Virus record (IMG/VR): IMGVR_UViG_3300000478_000004
DNA: 64,000 nt
Strand: one strand, 5' to 3'
Origin: an uncultured virus (IMG/VR IMGVR_UViG_3300000478_000004)
Taxonomy: Duplodnaviria; Heunggongvirae; Uroviricota; Caudoviricetes
The notes under the pieces are model-generated. The model was not told where the DNA came from and did no database searches. It was given only the letters and a program-made list of their open reading frames with translations. Made by a program: the position numbers and the translations under genes. How positions within the stretch are numbered: the stretch's first letter is position 1; each line of letters begins with the position of its first letter. Shown piece by piece: positions 47,189-58,244 of this stretch.

Positions 47189-47463
47189 GCCACAGATTTC
47201 TAGATTTTAACTCCGTGGATAGAGTGTCAGAGGATAAGTCTTATCCTGGTCCAGGTTTGAGTAAACTGCCTCATGATGGTGCTCTTCCTGAGGAAGACAG
47301 ATGGTCTGGTCCACCAGGTGGGCTGTCAGGCGGAGATGAGGGCAGGGCTCCAGGCCACTACATAAAGGACGTTTCTGACCTTGACAAGGGAACTGGTACA
47401 TCCTCTTCCTCTGACTTTACCTCTAGAAGAAATTATATACCCCCAAGGTCGGTTCCAAGGTGA
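47185..47463 (+). CDS. Small hypothetical protein
   Basis: 92 aa, RBS gaggtg, ATGA overlap, Gly/Pro-rich. Confidence 0.5.
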   Translation: MSHRFLDFNSVDRVSEDKSYPGPGLSKLPHDGALPEEDRWSGPPGGLSGGDEGRAPGHYIKDVSDLDKGTGTSSSSDFTSRRNYIPPRSVPR

Positions 47464-47467
47464 TACT

Positions 47468-47989
47468 ATGTCCGCGCTACAGAAACTTTCAAATCTAGTA
47501 TGGGAGCTAAGGTTTTGGCAACTTGCGTCACAGACTGCACACTGGAGGGTTTTCGGTCCCTCAAGTTACAGCGACCATCTCTTGTACGGTCAGGTGTACG
47601 AAAAATTGGCTGACCTTGTTGACCCTTTGGCGGAGAGATTGACTGCTCTTTCTCAGTTTGACGATGAAAAATATGTAGACCCTGTTCAACAGGCAAAGTA
47701 CGTATACTCAAGAATGAAGAAACTGGGCCCCTCTCTTCAGGAGGTGCTTCTTGACGCAGACAGTACCTCACTTTTCTTCTACCAAGAACTACTGGCTCTT
47801 TCTAGGAAATTCCGTTCTCTTTCGTCTACCTTTAGGAAGTCTGGTATACTAACTTTGGGGTTGGAGGACTTACTTGCTACCACCGCCAACGAAATAGAGA
47901 TACTTGTGTTCTTTTTGGAACGGAGAAGTCAGAAGCCTGCACCGCAGCCTCCTTCTCTATCTGTCGTTCCCTACGGCTTTAGCTACTGA
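47468..47989 (+). CDS. Dps/ferritin-like protein
   Basis: Start at ATG 47468. AHWRVFGPSSYSDHLLYGQVYEKLADLVDPLAERL matches the Dps ferroxidase signature H-W..H..D..AER. Confidence 0.75.
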   Translation: MSALQKLSNLVWELRFWQLASQTAHWRVFGPSSYSDHLLYGQVYEKLADLVDPLAERLTALSQFDDEKYVDPVQQAKYVYSRMKKLGPSLQEVLLDADSTSLFFYQELLALSRKFRSLSSTFRKSGILTLGLEDLLATTANEIEILVFFLERRSQKPAPQPPSLSVVPYGFSY

Positions 47990-49476
47990 TGACTCTTCGA
48001 ATCACACCCAACACCCAGCCCTATGAATCACTCTACAGAGAGATTCTAGCAAGCATTCCAGAGGGTATGCAATGGCATACTGGGCCTGTGGTTCTCCCCC
48101 TACCTTTCTCTTCCGACACTCCCTTTCTACTGGAGGGGGACGTAGGAGATGTAGTACAGGTATTCATTAACGACAAGCTTGTTAGAACTGTGGTTCTCTC
48201 TTCCCCTTCTCTTCAGGTTCCTCTTCGTCTTTTACCCGGAAAGAACTTCATTCAGGTAAGGTCTACTGCGGAAAGCTTCCTTCTTCTCGTAGTTGCAACG
48301 AATTACGCCACCCTTCTCAGGGGATATACTGAAGAATACTTCTACAACGTAGATATAGATTTCCAGGATGCGAATAATCAGCTAAATAGCGACCTTTCTC
48401 TTCGCTCGGTGGAGCACCAGATAAACTTCCAGTCTCTTCTTCCGCCTACACGAGCTATGCGAGTCCTGGCTGGAAAAATGGCTGTCAGGAGCTTGATAAA
48501 TGAGACTCCCTCCACTAGAGGTGTTGATGACATTGTCACAGCAGCCTCAAACACCACTCCTGTGGTCGTACCCACACAAGTGGATTTAGAATACTTTGAG
48601 CCTTCCGTTAGAACACTGTTTTCTACTGCTCATGATGAGGGAGGCTTCGCCTTTCACATATGGACTCCTAATATCTGTATCGGAACCTGGGCAGCCTTCA
48701 TTAAGTTGATGGACAACTTGGACCCTTCCATCGCTGAACTCACGTCTGTCAGCGATGAGCTGGTACGGTTGAACTTTTTGGGTAGACCAGAATCTCACAC
48801 ATTCGATTTCGAAGCAGGTGCCTGTAGCATAATAGACCTCCTTACTCAGGATTGCTTGCCTATCGTGGTCTCTGTCCTACTTACAGTAGAGTCCGAGATT
48901 GCTTTTTGTGCTTGGACTTATCCATTTGACGTTGTTGTAGAACTTGCGTTGGGTCGTCTTAGGTTGGACGGGGCCTCTCTATTTTCTGAGGTTATATCAC
49001 CCGCTGCCCTACTGATAGACACAACAGGCGCAGAAACTGGCATACTGGGTGCCGCCTACACAAACCTTTCAAATCCTCCACAGAGGATAGTCTCAGCTAC
49101 AGTAATAAACCCAGTTGGTGGCGCAATTGTTCCTGCTACTTTTGTTCCTGGGACATCACGATTAGTTCTTCCTTCCGGCAACCCAGGAAGACCCATCAAC
49201 GTCAGGTATGAAGGCTCTATTTCTTTTGACAGCGGAATACCCCTGGACTCGTGCGAGGAATCAGACCCTTTGTGTGACGGGTGGTACGGTCTTTCTCTTG
49301 TAAATCGACTTGATGGAGATGCGTGTTTAGACTCCACTGTCCCCGAGGTATCACTGTTTGAAGATCTGGAGTGTTGTTTCTCTCGTCCACAAGCTACACT
49401 AGCTGTGTCGTCTTTGTTGGATTTAGAAGTTAGTATAGCCTCTAGTTCCTTTTCCAGTCTGACCGTGATACCATAA
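47989..49476 (+). CDS. Putative baseplate wedge/tail protein
   Basis: 495 aa downstream of baseplate J; STRGVDDIVTA motif reminiscent of gpI-like wedge proteins. Confidence 0.45.
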   Translation: MTLRITPNTQPYESLYREILASIPEGMQWHTGPVVLPLPFSSDTPFLLEGDVGDVVQVFINDKLVRTVVLSSPSLQVPLRLLPGKNFIQVRSTAESFLLLVVATNYATLLRGYTEEYFYNVDIDFQDANNQLNSDLSLRSVEHQINFQSLLPPTRAMRVLAGKMAVRSLINETPSTRGVDDIVTAASNTTPVVVPTQVDLEYFEPSVRTLFSTAHDEGGFAFHIWTPNICIGTWAAFIKLMDNLDPSIAELTSVSDELVRLNFLGRPESHTFDFEAGACSIIDLLTQDCLPIVVSVLLTVESEIAFCAWTYPFDVVVELALGRLRLDGASLFSEVISPAALLIDTTGAETGILGAAYTNLSNPPQRIVSATVINPVGGAIVPATFVPGTSRLVLPSGNPGRPINVRYEGSISFDSGIPLDSCEESDPLCDGWYGLSLVNRLDGDACLDSTVPEVSLFEDLECCFSRPQATLAVSSLLDLEVSIASSSFSSLTVIP

Positions 49477-49555
49477 TCAGTAAAATACAAGTATACCAGT
49501 CTCTCCTCTAAAATAGTAGGGGTAATGGTCCTTATCTACACACAGGTTCAACCTA

Positions 49556-50032
49556 ATGCCCGCCATCGAAGCTTTAGCCCTAGTAACAAACCAAGGTAAG
49601 GCTCGCATTGCTGAAATGCTTGCTACTGGTAAGAGTTTTGTCGTCGACACCTTTGTAGTGGGTGCCAACGGGCACGACCCTATCGATCCTACTCTTGCTA
49701 TCACTCCAGACCCATCTAGAACAGGATGTTACTGTGGGCCCTTGGGTGCCTCTGCGGAGTCCATTACTGTTGCCGGTGGATGCTCTTTGGTAGACACAAT
49801 AGATGCAGTGAGCTTTGCTAGCTTCTCCTGCCCTGTCTTTACGGCATCGGTGGAGCCAGGCGAGGCCACTGGTGCGGTCAGTTCTTTGTGTCTCTTGGGC
49901 ACCTTGGTTTATTCTCCTATACCCGGAGACCCAGAGATAGGGACTCAATTCTTATTCGCTATTGCTAATTTTCCCCTAAGATTTAAGACTCCAACGGATC
50001 GCTTCGTTTACGAAGTATTCATACAACTATAG
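49556..50032 (+). CDS. Tail collar/fibre-attachment protein (putative)
   Basis: LVTNQGKARIAEMLATG..FVVGANG; paralogue of 61478-62050. Confidence 0.55.
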   Translation: MPAIEALALVTNQGKARIAEMLATGKSFVVDTFVVGANGHDPIDPTLAITPDPSRTGCYCGPLGASAESITVAGGCSLVDTIDAVSFASFSCPVFTASVEPGEATGAVSSLCLLGTLVYSPIPGDPEIGTQFLFAIANFPLRFKTPTDRFVYEVFIQL

Positions 50033-50040
50033 GTGTTGCT

Positions 50041-53000
50041 GTGGCAGTTAGGCCTCTTCTTCAATACAGAAATCCGGATAGCACCCTAGACCTAAATTCT
50101 ACTCAAGCTAGAATAGTTGATAGGGCTATATTCGATGGGGGTTCTCTGACCCTTTCTGGTGTATCCCTACAGGTTACCGTCGCTCCGTTCATTGCTACTG
50201 GGTATGACGGGATGGTCGCCATTTCGGATGCCTCTGAAGTACTGTCCGTTCCTGCTCCTGCTGCGGCAGGCCCTAATAGGGTAAGTTACCTTATCCTTCA
50301 TCTTGAGTATCGGACCCTTACCTCTCCGATAGTAAACCTTCAGGTAATTCCTGAGACTACCTGGCTTACAAGCGTAAGCAGGAATTTCTTTGTCACTTTT
50401 GCTCGCTTTGAGATTCCTTTTGGCGCTACATCCCTCACGGACCCTGGAGTAATAGTAGATTACTCCCCCGGAGATTGGGCAGATAAGCTAGGAAAGACGG
50501 GATGGCGTGCACCTGTTGCGAACCTTGCTGCCCTCCCTACCGCTGGAAATAGGGATGGCGATTCAAGAGTCACCCTAGACACTAATACCATATACGTATG
50601 GGATTCCGGATCCTCTTCTTGGACTGTGGCCGGTGGCGCGCTTGACTTAGCAGAAGTGACAGCCAGGTCCAGTGAGTTAGACGCTCATGTACAGAGGTCC
50701 TTCAACGGGTCTGGACTAATATCTAGCATTGATAACGACCACGATTTTGGCGATGGAGGGTACCACCACTATGGTGCCCCTGGTGTGCCTATCGTGGCGC
50801 AGAGTTCTATAGCCAACCGTGTAGACCTTTTGCCTATGCATGTGCTGGTAAATGGTCATTTCATAAAGACACCCCTTAGACAGATCACTCTTTCTGCTCC
50901 CGCTCTAAACAGGTATGATTTGATCTACCTGGATGTGTGGAGAGAAACAATAGCTTCTCCCGCTGCTGAGACCTACCCTAACGACCCCACCTTGGGTGGA
51001 ACTAGCACGTTTGCTCAGCTTAGGTCTAGGTTAGAATCCTTGTTGGAGGGGTTTACTACACCAAACTCTGGTTTTACCAAAATTGAGCTAGTAGATTCTA
51101 CTACCTATGTAGTCACACGTTGGGCCATTCGTCTGGTAGATGGTGTTCCCTCTACCGTAATAAACGATCCATCCACTGCCGCCGCCTCTGCCACAAATGT
51201 GGATGGTGCTTTTTACTCCATTCTTGCGTCACAGACTGACCAGAGACTGTGGCAGGCTGCCTCTGTATCCTCCTATGATGGAATTAGTTGGGCTATTCCT
51301 CTTGCCGTAGTTAGACGAACAACCCTTGAGGTTGGTCCCGCTTCTTACGTTCAGGTAACAAGGGTTGACTCTGACTACGAGCGGTTTGTTTTTGACATCG
51401 CACCGAGAGCAGAGCTTGGCCTTGCAGAGTACGACAAGACGTTAGCTCTGGAAAGCGCCTCCCTTGGGTCTGACCAGGAAGCAGATTGCCCGTCAGGATT
51501 CCTGGAGGGTGCCACTGAACCATTTACCTATGGCCCAGGTAGCATGACTATCCCTACCAGCACGCTAATAGTTGGCGGGCTCCGAGTCTCTTCCGATGGT
51601 GCTCCTGTTAGCTTTCCCCTTCCTGCCGCTCCTGGAGCAGGAGTCCGTAGAGATTTGGTGGTCATAGAGTTTTTGGACGGTCCACATCAGACTGGGGACG
51701 TTCGTTTCTCCTCTTTACCCTACGTATCCCGCAGGTCACGACAGGGTGTTAGACGAAGCATCTTGGGCGGACGTGTCAGGGTGTTTGACGTAGGTACAGA
51801 CATAACAGAAGAGGACGCAATGACTACGGCAGGGTACCTCGCTACCTCTGACCCCGGTTTGTGGTCCCGTCCTCCTCAGCCCTTTGAAACCTCTGTTAGG
51901 GCTGTTCCCGTTGCTTTGGTTCATCGGCGAAATACTGGAATATACTCTCCCACTACCGCCTCTGGTAGAAATGCAGCTGACAGATCTGCCCTCCCTGGCT
52001 TGCCTAACAATGCTGCTGACACTCCTTACGATTATGAGGTACTGGACCTTCGTCATCGCATTGTAGATGACGACGAGTCAGACCTATTGATGCAAGAAAG
52101 CTTTGACGCACTTCTTAGGGGAACACTTCGTACGAATTTCAAGATAGACCCCGTAGATCCAGGTACAGCGATCGCAGGAACCCAGCTTCTTCAGGTTGAT
52201 AGAATCGTGGCAGGTCCTGCGGGTGTAGGCTACTTCGGCCCAACGCCAGACCCCATGGGTCACATTTGTGTGTGGTCTGAGTCTGACGAAGCACAACTTC
52301 TCAGCTGGAACTTCTTCAACCTCAACTCCGCCCAGAACGATGGAACTGGAACCTTCTCTTGGAGTGGAGGGCACCCTACTGCCACACTCACCATCACTGC
52401 TCCTCCTGGGATGCACCTAAACTTCGACCAGAATCTTAACCTGGACCCTATAGTTGCCCCACGTGGCTTTTTCATGTCGATTGCCGATGGTGCTGCACTT
52501 ACTACAGATAGAAGTGTCAGAAGTGTGGTGTCATGGACTTTTGTATCCTCTACAAATGACGTGGACGGCAACAGAAACAGCGTGACTCTAAATGTTACAC
52601 TTCCTGCCACCGCCTCTCCTGCAACCTGTACAGGATTTGTGCAGTGCTGGGCAGTTAAGCCAAGTAGAGGGTCAAGTACAACCTACCTAGCAAACCAAAG
52701 CTTGTACGCAATTCCAGATGAGGTCTTGCGGGTTGACCTGAACGGAACCGAGCGCATAAACGTAGGCCCTATCATTAAGACTATTACGGTGGCTACTGCT
52801 GGTGCTCCTGCCACTGCTGTAATAACGCAAGCTGACCTTGCTGCTGCGTTTCCTGAGCTGGGTACCCCTGCGTCCATTCAGATGTATGGTGTGGCTGACA
52901 TAGCTTATTCCGGAACCTCTATGGTGAGGGCAGGAGGTCTAAACGGACTCAGATTTGTTCGTCTAACTGATTCTGCCGGTATAAGCACCGGATTTGAACG

Positions 53001-54978
53001 AATGGAATTGGAGTTTGACGCTTCTGTTCCTGCGAATACCGCCAGAGTTACTATAATGTGTGCGGGAGACGCCCTTAACAAGTGGGTAGAGATAAACCCA
53101 GGGTCTAAGCAGGTACGAGGTCTATACTCTTGGGCACGTCAAAACTTGGCATCACCTGCTAGCGCAAGGTCTCCTGGCTCACCTCCTATTTCTGACTTTG
53201 GAAACTCAACCCCTCTGGCACACATTGTTCCATTTAGAGAAGTTGGTCTCTTCCCCTATGGTATTAGCTCGCACTTGAACCATAACGCAAATACCTCTGT
53301 AGAATCTACGTTTCTTCTCTACAGACCTCTTCTTACCTCTTACACCTATTGGACAAGCCCAGCCGATTTGGCTACTGTGGGATTTGGTGCCGGAGACTTC
53401 AGGGCTCAATCCTCAGAAGACCCTAACCCCGCTGTGGTAGGTCCTTGGGCCTCCTTCATGTCTGTTCAGCATCCTGGAGGAGGTAACCCCGATGTCACCG
53501 TTATAGGCGTTCAGAGGAGAGGCCTTACTGCTGCTGAGTCATTGCGTATATTCTATACGTACACCCCTTATCAGGGAATTTCTTCCTCTCTTTCTTCCTA
53601 TCTTCATGGTCAAGTAGAGGCTGTGAACAGTCAGGTCCTGACTACATCAGGCCCTAACTTGTCTACTGTTTCTCCTCGTGAGATATCCATCACTGGGTAC
53701 AACGATGAGAGGTATATCTATCAAAATTCCTACAGGGGATTTTCTGTGAACGGGTCCGACGTAGGGTACCCAGATTCCTCCGGTATTGACTTTTACTCCC
53801 TTAGGTCTTTGGGTCTAACGGAATTTGCCAGAACAGACCAAGAGGGGGTTCTGGGTAGACCCGAAGATAGGCCTTTATTGTCAGTCACCTCTAGGGTACC
53901 CTTTCCTTTGGACTCCAACATATCAGGATCAGAGCACGATGTAAGGTACTCTCACGCATTTTCCTCAGAAACAGACCATACCACCACATATATATTAGAC
54001 TCCTCTATATTTTCTGGGTCCTCTTCTGCAGGGTGGACATTCGAAGAGTCCGCACCAGATGTATGGAGATGGAGATCTACTGCTGCAGGTTCCGTATACT
54101 TTCCTATATCTCCTCCTTCTGGCAGAGGAACTATCACTCACATATGGCTTGATGTAGGTTCTACTGGTCCTTCTATATCACTGGACGTGGAGTTAATGAG
54201 AAGGGCCCCTAGTGACACCACATTCACACAAGTTTTAGACGGGGTAGTTTTTCCATTTACCACAAATCTAGGAGATGAACCTGCTCGACTCACATCAGTT
54301 TCTCCTATCCATGTCGCTATTCCTTCTGATACTTATGCCATACGAGTATTTTCTGCTGTGGCAGGAGCCTTGGTACGTGGAGTTAGATATAGATTCCTCC
54401 CTTCCTTCTACTCTGCTCCTGGATCTTCTGGTCCCTCCTATGCAAAGTATGTAGGAGACTCTCCAGTATCTTTTTCCAAAGGTCATAAGTTTGAAATCAA
54501 CCCTGATTTTTCTTCTTGGGACGCTGTTTTTTCCTTGGACGGGAAAGGTGACTATGTCGGACAACCCGCACGCGGTTTCTTCCTTAGGTTGAACATATCT
54601 TCACTTGGGTTCTCTTCTGCTCTGTTTGGGTACAATGGCTATCTTCCAGGAGGGGACGCGTCTACCCGTCTTACATCAACCTTTAGCTCCCTTTACTTTG
54701 TTACGGGTGCGGGTGGAGCCAACCCAACTGCTCGTGGGAGGGAATTGCCAGTACAAAGAAGCACCCCCAATCAGAATGTACACATACCCGGACATAGGTC
54801 TTCCGCCGCACTTATTTCTTCTTGGCTGATACGTAACTTCGAGGATAGAGCTGTACTAGGAGTAGGGACAGGAGTAGGAAGAACACCTAACAATTCCTAC
54901 GACGCTTTTGTTTCCTCTGCCTCCGCTGTCGACGCATTCTTCCCCAAGGGAAGACCCCTCTTTAAGAGAACAAAGTGA
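50041..54978 (+). CDS. Large baseplate/tail fibre protein
   Basis: 1645 aa, GTG start. WRAPVANLAALPTAGNRDGD..IYVWD motif; duplicated RxDLxxxxxW/F..AxPxAxVxR module. Confidence 0.65.
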   Translation: MAVRPLLQYRNPDSTLDLNSTQARIVDRAIFDGGSLTLSGVSLQVTVAPFIATGYDGMVAISDASEVLSVPAPAAAGPNRVSYLILHLEYRTLTSPIVNLQVIPETTWLTSVSRNFFVTFARFEIPFGATSLTDPGVIVDYSPGDWADKLGKTGWRAPVANLAALPTAGNRDGDSRVTLDTNTIYVWDSGSSSWTVAGGALDLAEVTARSSELDAHVQRSFNGSGLISSIDNDHDFGDGGYHHYGAPGVPIVAQSSIANRVDLLPMHVLVNGHFIKTPLRQITLSAPALNRYDLIYLDVWRETIASPAAETYPNDPTLGGTSTFAQLRSRLESLLEGFTTPNSGFTKIELVDSTTYVVTRWAIRLVDGVPSTVINDPSTAAASATNVDGAFYSILASQTDQRLWQAASVSSYDGISWAIPLAVVRRTTLEVGPASYVQVTRVDSDYERFVFDIAPRAELGLAEYDKTLALESASLGSDQEADCPSGFLEGATEPFTYGPGSMTIPTSTLIVGGLRVSSDGAPVSFPLPAAPGAGVRRDLVVIEFLDGPHQTGDVRFSSLPYVSRRSRQGVRRSILGGRVRVFDVGTDITEEDAMTTAGYLATSDPGLWSRPPQPFETSVRAVPVALVHRRNTGIYSPTTASGRNAADRSALPGLPNNAADTPYDYEVLDLRHRIVDDDESDLLMQESFDALLRGTLRTNFKIDPVDPGTAIAGTQLLQVDRIVAGPAGVGYFGPTPDPMGHICVWSESDEAQLLSWNFFNLNSAQNDGTGTFSWSGGHPTATLTITAPPGMHLNFDQNLNLDPIVAPRGFFMSIADGAALTTDRSVRSVVSWTFVSSTNDVDGNRNSVTLNVTLPATASPATCTGFVQCWAVKPSRGSSTTYLANQSLYAIPDEVLRVDLNGTERINVGPIIKTITVATAGAPATAVITQADLAAAFPELGTPASIQMYGVADIAYSGTSMVRAGGLNGLRFVRLTDSAGISTGFERMELEFDASVPANTARVTIMCAGDALNKWVEINPGSKQVRGLYSWARQNLASPASARSPGSPPISDFGNSTPLAHIVPFREVGLFPYGISSHLNHNANTSVESTFLLYRPLLTSYTYWTSPADLATVGFGAGDFRAQSSEDPNPAVVGPWASFMSVQHPGGGNPDVTVIGVQRRGLTAAESLRIFYTYTPYQGISSSLSSYLHGQVEAVNSQVLTTSGPNLSTVSPREISITGYNDERYIYQNSYRGFSVNGSDVGYPDSSGIDFYSLRSLGLTEFARTDQEGVLGRPEDRPLLSVTSRVPFPLDSNISGSEHDVRYSHAFSSETDHTTTYILDSSIFSGSSSAGWTFEESAPDVWRWRSTAAGSVYFPISPPSGRGTITHIWLDVGSTGPSISLDVELMRRAPSDTTFTQVLDGVVFPFTTNLGDEPARLTSVSPIHVAIPSDTYAIRVFSAVAGALVRGVRYRFLPSFYSAPGSSGPSYAKYVGDSPVSFSKGHKFEINPDFSSWDAVFSLDGKGDYVGQPARGFFLRLNISSLGFSSALFGYNGYLPGGDASTRLTSTFSSLYFVTGAGGANPTARGRELPVQRSTPNQNVHIPGHRSSAALISSWLIRNFEDRAVLGVGTGVGRTPNNSYDAFVSSASAVDAFFPKGRPLFKRTK

Positions 54979-54981
54979 CTT

Positions 54982-56046
54982 ATGCCGACTAAGATACTAA
55001 AAAGAATCAACGAACCTGCACGAACAGTGCATTTTCTCCTCAGAGAGCTTCTTGTGTACTCCTTGGGATGGAATGACGTAGAATCCAACCCACTAGGTAT
55101 TTTTGAAGCTCCTTTAGCTACTGGGGTAGACGGTGAGACACTGTCGTCTCAACCTAATAGGTTTAGAAGTGGTGCTGCTCCATTCCTGCCTGGTCATGTC
55201 GGAATGTGGCTCACTGTGTATGGATCCGAATTTGTCAATAACGGAGTTTATCGAATAATAGGGGTTCCTTCTGCTGACGAGGTAGTGTTAGAAGGGGGTC
55301 TATACGGAGCCAGTTTCGTTGACGACATCAACGTTCAGTTTCGTGTTGTAGATCCTACGCTAAATGCAGCCGGAACTAACTACTACGTGATACAGGGCCT
55401 TGCGGGCTCTGCTGCCCCCCTCTGGCAGGCGCGATTAGTAGTTAATGCCGCCATTACTGACACCATAGACCTTGAGGTCAGTCCTCAGGCAGGATGGATT
55501 GCAGGATGGTCTCTCCCTGTTCTTCCGACACAATCCATACAAGCAGATGCCACCCAGACTTGGTACATCTTGGTGGACGATACTCACGTTCGTATGTGGA
55601 CGCAGACCACTGCCGGAACTGGGGTGTTTCAGATTGCTTACTTTGGAGGCGCTGAACCTCGTCGTCCAGCTGACGACGACCGTTGTGTTGTTGCCTTTGC
55701 AGGAGACCCTTCTCTCACTGCTCTCGGTGCCATTTCAGACGTCCAGTGTCTTGACGATTCTCTCTCTACGCCCGTCAGCTACTCTGCTGTGGTGTATGGT
55801 GACTCTGTCCAGAACAACATGTTTACCTCTCTTCCTGCCAATCAGTTTGACCTACGTAATGACTCTGCGAAAATACCCATAGGTACAGACGCAGTTGGTT
55901 TTGAGGAAGACGACAGGGCGTACCTTCGAGGTATAAGGTATATATCTGATCAGATCCCCTACAGGTCATTCGTTGACAACGGAAGGCTTATATTAAGTCT
56001 TGGTAACGGTCTCGCAGTGGAGTGGGACGGAAGCCTTTCTAGGTAA
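54982..56046 (+). CDS. Putative virion protein (paralogue of 59972-61093)
   Basis: Shares motifs and the terminus LGNGxxxxWxG with 59972-61093. Confidence 0.6.
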   Translation: MPTKILKRINEPARTVHFLLRELLVYSLGWNDVESNPLGIFEAPLATGVDGETLSSQPNRFRSGAAPFLPGHVGMWLTVYGSEFVNNGVYRIIGVPSADEVVLEGGLYGASFVDDINVQFRVVDPTLNAAGTNYYVIQGLAGSAAPLWQARLVVNAAITDTIDLEVSPQAGWIAGWSLPVLPTQSIQADATQTWYILVDDTHVRMWTQTTAGTGVFQIAYFGGAEPRRPADDDRCVVAFAGDPSLTALGAISDVQCLDDSLSTPVSYSAVVYGDSVQNNMFTSLPANQFDLRNDSAKIPIGTDAVGFEEDDRAYLRGIRYISDQIPYRSFVDNGRLILSLGNGLAVEWDGSLSR

Positions 56047-56051
56047 AATTC

Positions 56052-58238
56052 ATGTCCTTATCCTCTAGATTAGACCTAGCTTCACTTTCTGCCTACCCTT
56101 CCTCTGACAGAAGAAGGCGCCTTCGTTTAGCTTTGGTTCGTAGCAGTCTTCGCATTGGGGCGGAGGAATCAAGCACAGTCATATCAGAAGAGGTAACTGA
56201 GGAGCTTTACTCTCTGGGGTATGACGACAACGACATCTCTAGGATGACTCCCGACATAGCCCAGGACGTTATAGATGGTGGAGTTACCAAAGAACAGCGC
56301 GAACAAGCAGCGCAGAAGAGAGAAGAAGCTTTTGATGAAGTGGAGAACAGGGTTCTTCAGGATCTTGAGGCCATCAAGAAAAGGCTAGACCTTGCTCGAA
56401 AAAGACTCGAAGGAGCAGAATCCCAGGTAGACAAGCTAGACTCTCTGCTGGCGGAAACAGAAGAGAAGAGGGAACAGGAAGAGGACCTGGAGGCCCAAGA
56501 GAAGTTACGCCAAAAGTCTGAGTGGATACAGGACCACATAGATAGAGCAGAACAGGCCGAGGAGATCATCCGCAGGGAGATATCTGCTCTTGAGAAGTTG
56601 GTTTCCTCCATAACCAACACTGAAGAGAGTTTGATAAACGAGCTTCAGGAAGCTAATGACGCATCCCTTCTTACGCCTGGCACGGAGGACGACGAGCTTG
56701 TTCAAAGTCTGATGAAGGACAAGCTTGCTACCTTGGATGAGATTTCCTCTCTTAGGAAAGAACTTCTTGCGGCACAGAAGGAGTTGGACAACAAGATGAG
56801 TGTATTGTTGAAGGCCCACAGGGACCTCAGCAAATTGCTTGATCTCAAACCAACAAAAGCAGAAGTAAACACTCTTCGTGACGTAATAAGAACACGACAA
56901 GAAGAAGTGGACCTTGCCGAAAAGAAGCAAAAGCAAATAGTATCCAAGATCCTATATCTAGAGGATAAGTTACGGGATATCTCCACAGAGCAGAGACTGC
57001 AGGAATTGGATGAGGCTATAGGTGAGTCTACCACAGACCAGGAAGAGTTAAACGACTTTGCTCTACTGAAGGAGAGGTCGAAAGAACAGATACAACAAGA
57101 AGACCCCGGTAAGGACATCGCCAAGAAGCCTCTAAAGTACAACCAGAAGGCCGAAGAGATCCTCTCTTTTGTCGACGAATTGTCTAAAAATTATGGGGAC
57201 TTTATTTTAAGTTTTCTGGCACCCGACATACCGTCAGACCCTCAGGTGGAGAATTTCATACGTTCCGCAAATGGTGTGATCCTAAAAAGATCGGAAGAGG
57301 CCAAGAAGTTAGCCAGCACCTATAGCAGGAATCCCATGCATAGGTCTTCTATACTCCTTGTTCCATCCCTGTACGAGTTTCTTGCCTCCACCATGGACGG
57401 AGTAGTGTCTACAGAGGACATGAAGCAAGCTGTAGCTCGTCTGGCAGAGGCGGAAAGGACCGCTGAGGCATTTTCCTCTGCTGGGTTTGTACGTGAGGCC
57501 ATAGAGATAAAGGAACTCGCCCAGAAGGCCCTACAGTGGGGCAGGCAAGGTGTTGATAAGAGCCTCAAGTTTCTGTCCTTCGTCCACACTAAGGGACTTC
57601 AGTTGGCCGACAAGGTAGAGAAGCTGGTAGAACAAACTGATGAATTCTTGGACAAGAAGAGGTTCGAAAAAGAAGACACCGGTTCCAGGCGTGATCCCAA
57701 GGCAGAACTTCGTCAGCAGCAACAAACACTTCAGCAACTGATAGAGGCAGAACGCGAAGTGGCCAGACATCTTGAGGTCGCTAAGTCCCTACAAGAAAGG
57801 TTGTCCTCATCGGGAGACGAGTCTTCTCTTCGTCAACTAAGAGACACAATATCCAAACTACAGGACCAGCTTTCTGTTCTGGGTGAACGCAAGAACGTTC
57901 TTGAAAACGGATTGTCCTCTCACCCTTCGCCAGGTGCTATGCGCGGGCAGGAGGGCAAGGCTACTCGACCTAAGACAGATTATGAGCAATCAGTACGCCT
58001 TATGTCCTTGCACATGCCTAAACTTACGTCACTTCTTCAGGTTGGAATACCTGACGACTCATCTTTAGAAAAGGAATTGCTACGGCAGAGTGATAGAATC
58101 TCATCCGCTGTACGTAAAATGATTCAAGAGAGCATGAAAGCAAGGAAGAAATATCCAAATCTTCCACCTACAATTCAAGCCTATGGCCACATGTTTCTGG
58201 CCATAGACGACGCACTAAACAAGGCCATCAGGTCTTGA
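56052..58238 (+). CDS. Long coiled-coil protein
   Basis: 728 aa, E/K/L/Q-rich heptads; no Walker motifs. Confidence 0.65.
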   Translation: MSLSSRLDLASLSAYPSSDRRRRLRLALVRSSLRIGAEESSTVISEEVTEELYSLGYDDNDISRMTPDIAQDVIDGGVTKEQREQAAQKREEAFDEVENRVLQDLEAIKKRLDLARKRLEGAESQVDKLDSLLAETEEKREQEEDLEAQEKLRQKSEWIQDHIDRAEQAEEIIRREISALEKLVSSITNTEESLINELQEANDASLLTPGTEDDELVQSLMKDKLATLDEISSLRKELLAAQKELDNKMSVLLKAHRDLSKLLDLKPTKAEVNTLRDVIRTRQEEVDLAEKKQKQIVSKILYLEDKLRDISTEQRLQELDEAIGESTTDQEELNDFALLKERSKEQIQQEDPGKDIAKKPLKYNQKAEEILSFVDELSKNYGDFILSFLAPDIPSDPQVENFIRSANGVILKRSEEAKKLASTYSRNPMHRSSILLVPSLYEFLASTMDGVVSTEDMKQAVARLAEAERTAEAFSSAGFVREAIEIKELAQKALQWGRQGVDKSLKFLSFVHTKGLQLADKVEKLVEQTDEFLDKKRFEKEDTGSRRDPKAELRQQQQTLQQLIEAEREVARHLEVAKSLQERLSSSGDESSLRQLRDTISKLQDQLSVLGERKNVLENGLSSHPSPGAMRGQEGKATRPKTDYEQSVRLMSLHMPKLTSLLQVGIPDDSSLEKELLRQSDRISSAVRKMIQESMKARKKYPNLPPTIQAYGHMFLAIDDALNKAIRS

Positions 58239-58244
58239 AAAATC

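Noticed and set aside
56052..58238. SbcC/Rad50/SMC or tape measure protein
   Set aside because: No Walker A/B, signature or CxxC hook, and no tape-measure-like composition; left as a coiled-coil protein.
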